Assembly (NCBI GenBank): GCA_046292385.1
Contig: JBKBRF010000023.1
Coordinates: forward strand, 1-64,000
Reading direction: 5' to 3'
DNA length: 64,000 bases
Origin: Armatimonadota bacterium
GTDB lineage: Bacteria > Armatimonadota > SYMT01
Positions 58,204-64,000 of the stretch are shown one piece after another (the stretch's first letter is position 1; each line of letters opens with the position of its first letter). The translations under genes were made by a program, and so were the position numbers. The notes beneath the pieces were generated by a model that saw only the letters and a program-made list of their open reading frames with translations, ran no database searches and was not told where the DNA came from.

Positions 58204-58368
58204 ACGTCGCGGGGGCGGCGCTCGCGTTTACCGGGTCATTGCCCCGCGTCCGAACCACTGAGGAGTTGCCAGGTGGGGTATCGGCAGAGCAAGTCGACCG
58301 CCCAGGACCAGGCTCCTGCGGACTAAGGTACAAGAAGTAAGTAACACCAGCTTCTCGGTCCGCCGGGT

Positions 58369-58423
58369 CTGAGCCCGCGCAGGCGGGCTTCGCTCCCTGT
58401 AGCCTCGACTTTAGTCCGAGGCG
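58369..58423. repeat. Right 55-bp REP-like inverted repeat
   Basis: Contains GTAGCCTCGACTTTAGTCCGAGGC and AGCCCGCGCAGGCGGGCT palindromes. Confidence 0.85.
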
Positions 58424-58468
58424 CGAAGCCGGCAGTACTTCTTGCCTACCCCTTAATAGTGGTGAGGA

Positions 58469-59737
58469 TCAGCGCCGCAGTGTCAGCGTAATCCGGTCGA
58501 GGGCCAGGGCCTCGCCGGCGGGGGCGCGGAGCTCCAGCAGATGCCAGGCGGCGCTCTGGTCAGGCAGGAGCACGTCCCAGCCTCCGGAAGCCTCTCCCTT
58601 CGTCAGCGCCGCTCCATCCAGCGCGAGCGCGGTGTCTTTCGGCATGCGGCCCTCCGGCTGGATCTGCCAGCTCCCGCCGGGGAGCAGCAGCCGGTAGGTC
58701 GCGCGGCGGAAGCCGTTCTCCACCCGCTCCGTGCGCGACGGAACGAACGCGTCGGCGGCGACGGTGAGCCGCACCGGGTCGAGCTCCCGGAAGGCGCGCG
58801 CCACGTAGCCGGGCAGGTTGAGCGGCCGGGGGGTATCGAACCGGCGCCAGACCGCCCGCAGCGCGGAAGGCCCATAGATCGCCTCCAGCGCCAGCACCTG
58901 GCCGATGAACGAGTACATCCCCACGGCGTCGCCGCGCGCCAGGAGCGGCGTGCCGCCCGGATCGGCGGCGTCCGGCCCGCGCTCCAGGAACCGCTCCCGC
59001 AGCGGGGCGATCTGGTGGGTCACGTAGCCGGCGGCGTCGATCGGCTCGCCCCAGATCCCGCTCTGGCCGTTGTCTGCCAGCAGCCACTTGAGGTAGAGGC
59101 GCTCGCCCAGGTAGCCCTCTCCCCACTCCTCCGGCTCCGAGTAGGGACCGACCCGCGGCAGCACCAGGTGCGCGTACTCGTGGGCCAGCTCTCGCAGCCA
59201 TTCCGCCGGGGCGCGCTCGGTGCGGATCGCGTGCAGGTAGATGTTGCCGCGATACTCCTCCCCGCTCGGCTCTCCGCCGCGGTGGAGCCAGATGCTGGTG
59301 TAGCGGGGGGCCGGCGGCGCGTAGGCGAGGTAGTCGACCGAAATCCAGTAGAGCCGCGCCATCACGGCGCCGACCTTCCGCGCCAGCGGCTCGTCTTCCG
59401 GGGTGAGGAAGTGGACCACGAACCGCCGCTCCCGCCGCTCGCCGGAGACGCACTCCACCTGCAGGCGGTGCGGATAGTGGACGTTCAGCTTCGGGTCGCG
59501 GGCCGGGCCGTAGTCGTAGTCCCGTCCGAGCTCGCGGGAGACGTAGGTGAGCCAGCCCCGCTTCGGCGGCTTCGGCAGCAGCCGCGGATCGGAATAGACG
59601 AGCGAGCCCTCCTCCGAGATGCCGGCCTGCACACCGGTCCGCGCCTGCGCATCTCCCCGCCGGGAGATCGCCGTGGTCAGTCCGATTCCGAGCGCGCGCC
59701 GCAGCAGCGTGCGGCGTTTCCAGGCATTCCCCACCAT
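58469..59737 (-). CDS. Exported hypothetical protein with HExxH zinc-metallopeptidase motif
   Basis: KRRTLL Tat-like signal; ELAHEYAH followed by W..EG. Confidence 0.65.
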   Translation of the reverse strand: MVGNAWKRRTLLRRALGIGLTTAISRRGDAQARTGVQAGISEEGSLVYSDPRLLPKPPKRGWLTYVSRELGRDYDYGPARDPKLNVHYPHRLQVECVSGERRERRFVVHFLTPEDEPLARKVGAVMARLYWISVDYLAYAPPAPRYTSIWLHRGGEPSGEEYRGNIYLHAIRTERAPAEWLRELAHEYAHLVLPRVGPYSEPEEWGEGYLGERLYLKWLLADNGQSGIWGEPIDAAGYVTHQIAPLRERFLERGPDAADPGGTPLLARGDAVGMYSFIGQVLALEAIYGPSALRAVWRRFDTPRPLNLPGYVARAFRELDPVRLTVAADAFVPSRTERVENGFRRATYRLLLPGGSWQIQPEGRMPKDTALALDGAALTKGEASGGWDVLLPDQSAAWHLLELRAPAGEALALDRITLTLRR

Positions 59738-60045
59738 GGGCGGCGTCCGTTCCTTCCGTGCGACCCGCGATCGAGTCCCCTCCAAGATATCGGTCACCTG
59801 GCGCTTGCTACGTTGGGAATCCGTTGGATCGATTCGAATCTGCGGCTCTACGGGAGGGAAATACGCAAGCTACCCACCAACTGCGTCATTGAAACCCAAT
59901 AACGCCGGGGCGTCTTCCCCGCTAAAGCTAAGACAGCTTGCTACCGACATCCATGGGTAAGCAAGTCGCTCACTACGCCGGTGCCCGGACCCCCAGCCGG
60001 AGCCACCGCAAGTAATCAATTCACACGCTACGCAGGAGTTCGCGC

Positions 60046-60675
60046 ATGCGTTTTGCCGTCCACTACGGTTGCTACCTCGCCATCGGAGGGGCCGCTCTCG
60101 CCCTTACCGCCGTCCCGTCGGTCTTCGCCGAGGAGATGGTGCCGCCGGCCCCGGTCCAGGCCCCGGCCGTCCCGACCCCCAGCACCGCCAAGGCGCTCCC
60201 GGCGGCGCAGGGAGAGGTTCTTCCCACTCCGGAAGAAGTCCGCTTCGTGGAGCTGGCGAACCAGGAGCGAGCCCGCCGCGGCCTCGGAAAGCTAACGATC
60301 GATCCGCTGCTGATCCGGATCGCTCGGAAGCACAGCCAGGAGATGATGGAGAAGGACTACTTCAGCCACACCTCCCCCACCCGTGGCAGCGAGACGCCGC
60401 TGGACCGGTACCGGGTAGCAGTGCCGACCCCTCCGAACGACTACGCCTGCGTGGGCGAGAACCTCTACTACTGCACCGTGGTCGACGTGCAGCGCGGGCA
60501 CTCCGCCTTCATGACCAGCCCCAAGCACCGGGAGAACGTGCTCTTCCCGCGCTTCGAGAAGATCGGCGTGGGGATCATCACGGATCAGCACGGCAAGTTC
60601 TGGGTGACGCAGATGTTCCTGACGAACACGCCCCCGGAAGTGGTAGCGAAGAACCGCAAGGTCTCCAAGCGTTAA
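60046..60675 (+). CDS. CAP/SCP domain secreted protein
   Basis: NQERARRGL, ARKHSQEM..YFSH, GENL, SPKHRENVL, GVG, VTQMF. Confidence 0.92.
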   Translation: MRFAVHYGCYLAIGGAALALTAVPSVFAEEMVPPAPVQAPAVPTPSTAKALPAAQGEVLPTPEEVRFVELANQERARRGLGKLTIDPLLIRIARKHSQEMMEKDYFSHTSPTRGSETPLDRYRVAVPTPPNDYACVGENLYYCTVVDVQRGHSAFMTSPKHRENVLFPRFEKIGVGIITDQHGKFWVTQMFLTNTPPEVVAKNRKVSKR

Positions 60676-60774
60676 CCGCTCGACATCTGTCGAATCCGAG
60701 CGCGGGAAGGCAGCAACCGGAGGGGACACTGGGTAAAGGCAACTCCTGGCGAGATCGTCATCTCACCGGGGTTC

Positions 60775-61016
60775 CACCCCCCGCCCTCCCCGAACGGAGC
60801 GGCCCTCCCGCGTGATCGGCCCTCCCGCAGTCCTTTCACGCTCCGGCTTCGCCTTCGCTAGCGGACTGCTCCGGGCGTGCGCCCCGGCAGGCCGCGCTCC
60901 GCGACCGAGAGCTGCGTCGCAAACCGTCACTGCGAATCACGGGCCGCGCCGTCCGGCTCAAGCGAGGCCCCCGCGCTTGGGGCCTCACAAGGGGACCCCT
61001 CCGCCTCCGCCTCCGG
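60775..61016 (-). ncRNA. Candidate structured non-coding RNA, copy C (family unassigned)
   Basis: Minus strand has the same motif order as copy B (TTGTGA-hairpin-TCGCT, GCCCGTGA, GCGCAC.CCCGGAGC, GCGAAGC.GGAG.GTGAAAGG, CGCGGGAGGGC) with different but pairing stems. Confidence 0.65.
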
Positions 61017-61090
61017 GCTCCGCAGGTACCCACGCGCGGCGACCGCGGCGCAATCATCGCGTGACGAGTAGAGTCCCCCGGCAGGGAATA

Positions 61091-61129
61091 CAAAACGGCC
61101 CCGGATCGCAGCTCTCGATCCGGGGCCGT
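61091..61129 (-). terminator. Intrinsic terminator downstream of the Gfo/Idh/MocA gene
   Basis: 14-bp perfect stem ACGGCCCCGGATCG/CGATCCGGGGCCGT followed by a short T run on the minus strand. Confidence 0.65.
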
Positions 61130-61146
61130 GCTGTCGGTTCGGGAGC

Positions 61147-61224
61147 TCCAGGTTAGCAAGTTGCGGGTTCCGAACCCCGCCTATCGTGGAGCCAACCTGT
61201 AACCTGCCAACTTGCTAACCTGGA
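61147..61224. repeat. 17-bp perfect inverted repeat with AACCTG-type subrepeats
   Basis: TCCAGGTTAGCAAGTTG / CAACTTGCTAACCTGGA; related element at ~50521-50593. Confidence 0.7.
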
Positions 61225-61248
61225 ACAAGCATCTCCGGCCGGTGCGAG

Positions 61249-62199
61249 CTAGCCCACTCCGTTGCCGTAAGCCTGGTAGACCACCTCGACGGCGCGGACC
61301 CCGTCCTCCGCGGTCACGCGCGGCTGCGCCTCGCCCCGGATCACGGCGGCGAAGTGGCGGAGCTCCTCCACGAAGCGGCTGCGGGAGTCGGTCTCGATCG
61401 CGGTCCAATCGGCGTCTTCCGCGAGACGGAAGCGGGTGGCGCCGGTATCGTAGTCGATCACCGCGGCGCCGTGCTCGCCGTAGAGCTCCACCACGTTGGC
61501 GGACCATGGGGAGACCCAGCTCGCCTCGATGACGCCGATGGCGCCGTCCACGCCGCGGAGCAGCATCGCGGCGCTGTCCTCCACTTCTCGGATCTCCGGA
61601 TGGAAGCTCTGGGTAGCGCCCGCCGCCGTAGAGACCTCGCCCACCAGGTAGCGGAAGAGGTCGACGCTGTGGATCGCCGTGTCCATCAGCGCTCCGCCCC
61701 CCGCCATCTCCTGCCGGCTGAACCACTTGCTCTCCATGCCCTTCAGGAGTCCGCCGAAGCGGTTGCGGAACATCAGGATCCGCCCGAGCCGACCCTCCCG
61801 GATGAGGTCGCGCACCGCCTCGACCGGGGGGTGGAAGCGGTGGCAGAACGCCGTCATCAGCAGCACGCCGGCGTCGCTCGCCGCGCGCGCCATCTCCCGC
61901 GCTTCCTCCGGGCTGCGGGCCAGCGGCTTCTCGCACAGCACCGGCAGCCCGGCGGCGATCGCCGCCCGCGCGGCAGAGGCGTGGAACCGGGGCGGCGTGC
62001 AGATATCGACGGCGTCGAGCTGCTCCGCCGCCAGCATCTCCTCGATGCCGGGGTAGGCGGCCGCGCCCGCCGCCTCGGCGCGGGCCTGGTCCGGGTCGCA
62101 CGCGGCAACCACCCGCGTGGCCTCCACCTGGGCCCACGACCGCAGGTGCACGGCGCCGATCCCGCCGCATCCCACCACTCCAATTCGCAGTTCACTCAT
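61249..62199 (-). CDS. Gfo/Idh/MocA family oxidoreductase
   Basis: GVVGCGGIG, CEKPLA, GGGALMDTAIHSVD. Confidence 0.92.
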   Translation of the reverse strand: MSELRIGVVGCGGIGAVHLRSWAQVEATRVVAACDPDQARAEAAGAAAYPGIEEMLAAEQLDAVDICTPPRFHASAARAAIAAGLPVLCEKPLARSPEEAREMARAASDAGVLLMTAFCHRFHPPVEAVRDLIREGRLGRILMFRNRFGGLLKGMESKWFSRQEMAGGGALMDTAIHSVDLFRYLVGEVSTAAGATQSFHPEIREVEDSAAMLLRGVDGAIGVIEASWVSPWSANVVELYGEHGAAVIDYDTGATRFRLAEDADWTAIETDSRSRFVEELRHFAAVIRGEAQPRVTAEDGVRAVEVVYQAYGNGVG

Positions 62200-62378
62200 A
62201 GTGAGCAATTGTCTCACGACCGCCTGCACCTCCGGCAGTGAGCCGGACTGCGTTCTCTCCAGCGTTCAGTGAAACGGAGCGCTCCCGGAGGCGTCTCGAT
62301 GAGAGGCACGGCGCCTCCTCGCAGGTGACGGGAGAACCAGGGAGGCCACTGCGCCCCGGTACGAGCCAGGTACGACGA

Positions 62379-62684
62379 ATGGCTGCCCACTTCAGAGATG
62401 CGGCGATGCTGCTGGTGATGACCGGGATTCTCGCCTACTTCGCGGGCGGATTCGTGGCGGGCGTCGTCTGGTGCCGCGACTGCCACGGGCTGATTGGCAA
62501 TACGCTCGGGCGGCTCTTCATCGGGATCGTGATGGCGGTCCTCTCCGCTCTCTCCGGCGGCTTTCCACCTCAGAACGAGGCGGGAGTCGGCGAGCCCCGC
62601 AACGCCTGGCCGTTCATCCTCGGCTGCTGGGCCGTCTTCTTCGTCGGCTCCTTCCTCTGGCTCCGCCGCCAGCGGGGATCGTGA
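62379..62684 (+). CDS. Small membrane protein
   Basis: Three hydrophobic segments; a CRDCH (CxxCH) motif. Confidence 0.5.
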   Translation: MAAHFRDAAMLLVMTGILAYFAGGFVAGVVWCRDCHGLIGNTLGRLFIGIVMAVLSALSGGFPPQNEAGVGEPRNAWPFILGCWAVFFVGSFLWLRRQRGS

Positions 62685-63658
62685 ACGCGCTTCGCTCCGC
62701 TGACCGCTCGATCGTCATCCGCCACATGTTCACGCGGCGCGAGTTAGCACGGGTCGACGCTCCGACGCTGCGTGGTGCGGAGCTTCGCGGCCAGAGCCTG
62801 CGGCGGGCGAACCTGCGCGGCCACTCCCCTCTCGGGGCGCTGTGGGTCTTCTGCACGTTCGGACCGGCGCTGTGGGCGATGCTCACGCTGCGAACGGAAT
62901 TGCTCCCGTCAGGAGCCGGGACGAGTCCGGTGGAGAGGGCTGTCGTGAGCGCGGTTCCGGCTGCGTTCGCGGCTTTGCTCACCTTGATTACGCCTTCCAT
63001 CGCCCGGCCCGTGATCTGGACCACGGCGGCAATTCTCCTCGGCTTCGTGGGCGGGGTGCTGGCCATCGCGGCCGGAGTGAGCCTCGGTGGGTGGGCGTGG
63101 CTGCCTGCTCTAATCTGCTGCGGCGGGTGCGCCTGGATCTTGCTGCGGACGCCCAAATGGTGGTGGTATTCCGGCTTCGACCGGCTCTGCGACCTGCGTG
63201 AAGCCGATCTGCGCGAGGCGGACCTCACCCGCGCGAACCTGGCGCGGGCTAACATGGCGCACGCCCGTCTGGATGATGCGACCCTCTCTCGTGCCAGCCT
63301 CTACAGCACAGCACTGGACGGAACCTGTCTTCGACGCTGCCTGCTGGAGGGCGCGGACCTGTCGCTGGGCCGGATCGACAACAGCGACCTGCGCCAGGCC
63401 TCATTGCGTAGGGCGCAGGCCTACCATCTCCGCCTCCGGCACTCGGATCTCGGCGGCTGTGATCTCACCGGCGCCATCCTGCGGGACGCTCGGCTGGAGG
63501 AAGTGGATCTCCGCGACGCGGTGCTCGATGGGGCGGATCTCCGCGGCTGCCGGCTGGAGCGGGTCCGGTTGGAGGGGGCGCGGTACTCTTCGAAGACGCG
63601 CTTCCCGCAAGGGTTCGACCCGGCGGCGGCCGGGATGCGCCTCTCCCACGCCGGCTGA
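62681..63658 (+). CDS. Pentapeptide-repeat membrane protein
   Basis: A(D/N)LxxA repeats flanking ~4 TM helices; C-terminal TRFPQGFDP. Confidence 0.8.
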   Translation: MNALRSADRSIVIRHMFTRRELARVDAPTLRGAELRGQSLRRANLRGHSPLGALWVFCTFGPALWAMLTLRTELLPSGAGTSPVERAVVSAVPAAFAALLTLITPSIARPVIWTTAAILLGFVGGVLAIAAGVSLGGWAWLPALICCGGCAWILLRTPKWWWYSGFDRLCDLREADLREADLTRANLARANMAHARLDDATLSRASLYSTALDGTCLRRCLLEGADLSLGRIDNSDLRQASLRRAQAYHLRLRHSDLGGCDLTGAILRDARLEEVDLRDAVLDGADLRGCRLERVRLEGARYSSKTRFPQGFDPAAAGMRLSHAG

Positions 63659-63813
63659 GGGAGCTGCCGTCTGCGGCTCGGCACTCCCCCCCCGCGCCAT
63701 CCAAAGTTCATCCTCCGGTTACCTCGGGTTAACCGGCGCTTAATGAGGCGCGGTTACGCTAACCCTGCGACGCATTCAGGGGCCGAGGTTGGTTTCTCGG
63801 CCCAACGCTCCAA

Positions 63814-63866
63814 CGGCGGAGCTCCGGATCCTCACTGGATCTCCGGAGCGTCCGCCGATTTTTTTT
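63814..63866 (+). terminator. Intrinsic terminator in the 5' leader of the next gene
   Basis: CGGCGGAGCTCCGGA...TCCGGAGCGTCCGCCG hairpin plus 8 T, directly before GGAGG RBS. Confidence 0.75.
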
Positions 63867-63879
63867 GTTGGAGGCAAAC

Positions 63880-64000
63880 GTGCAGTCAGTACGGTGCTGG
63901 GATTCGTTGGCGGGGAAGCGGGTCACATCGTCCCGGTGGACGCTCTGCGTGGCCGCGGTGGCGCTGCTGGGGGCTGTCGCCGCGGCGCCGGTGCGAGTTG
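63880..64000 (+). CDS. 5' fragment of a secreted protein (truncated by window end)
   Basis: GGAGG RBS, GTG start, signal-peptide-like LCVAAVALLGAVAAAP. Confidence 0.55.
   Translation, partial: MQSVRCWDSLAGKRVTSSRWTLCVAAVALLGAVAAAPVRV

Noticed and set aside
60762..60782. T-box-like GGGTGGAACC on the minus strand
   Set aside because: No Stem I or specifier motifs and no downstream aminoacyl-tRNA synthetase or amino-acid gene

Overview
GC-rich bacterial chromosomal window. The gene content (DUF1501/DUF1549-1553 module, Tat-exported hypotheticals, PPC-domain protein) suggests Armatimonadota or a Planctomycetota-like lineage; this is inference only. About 60 CDS, mostly accessory metabolism and stress functions. 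No rRNA, tRNA, CRISPR array or transposase was recognised. Highlights: (1) an unassigned ~250-350 nt structured non-coding element in three dispersed copies (34682-34804 +, 52890-53240 +, 60775-61016 -), with conserved motifs and compensatory stem changes, whose orientation is independent of flanking genes; (2) a 2-aminoethylphosphonate/phosphonolipid biosynthesis operon (27444-33556) whose PEP mutase-like enzyme has a non-canonical EDNxxxKRCS loop, next to a 2OG-Fe(II) oxygenase; (3) a gene bracketed by 55-bp REP-like inverted repeats; (4) a multi-hairpin leader with an intrinsic terminator at the right edge; (5) several intergenic palindrome families. All calls come from motif recognition by eye, and many start codons are my best estimates.
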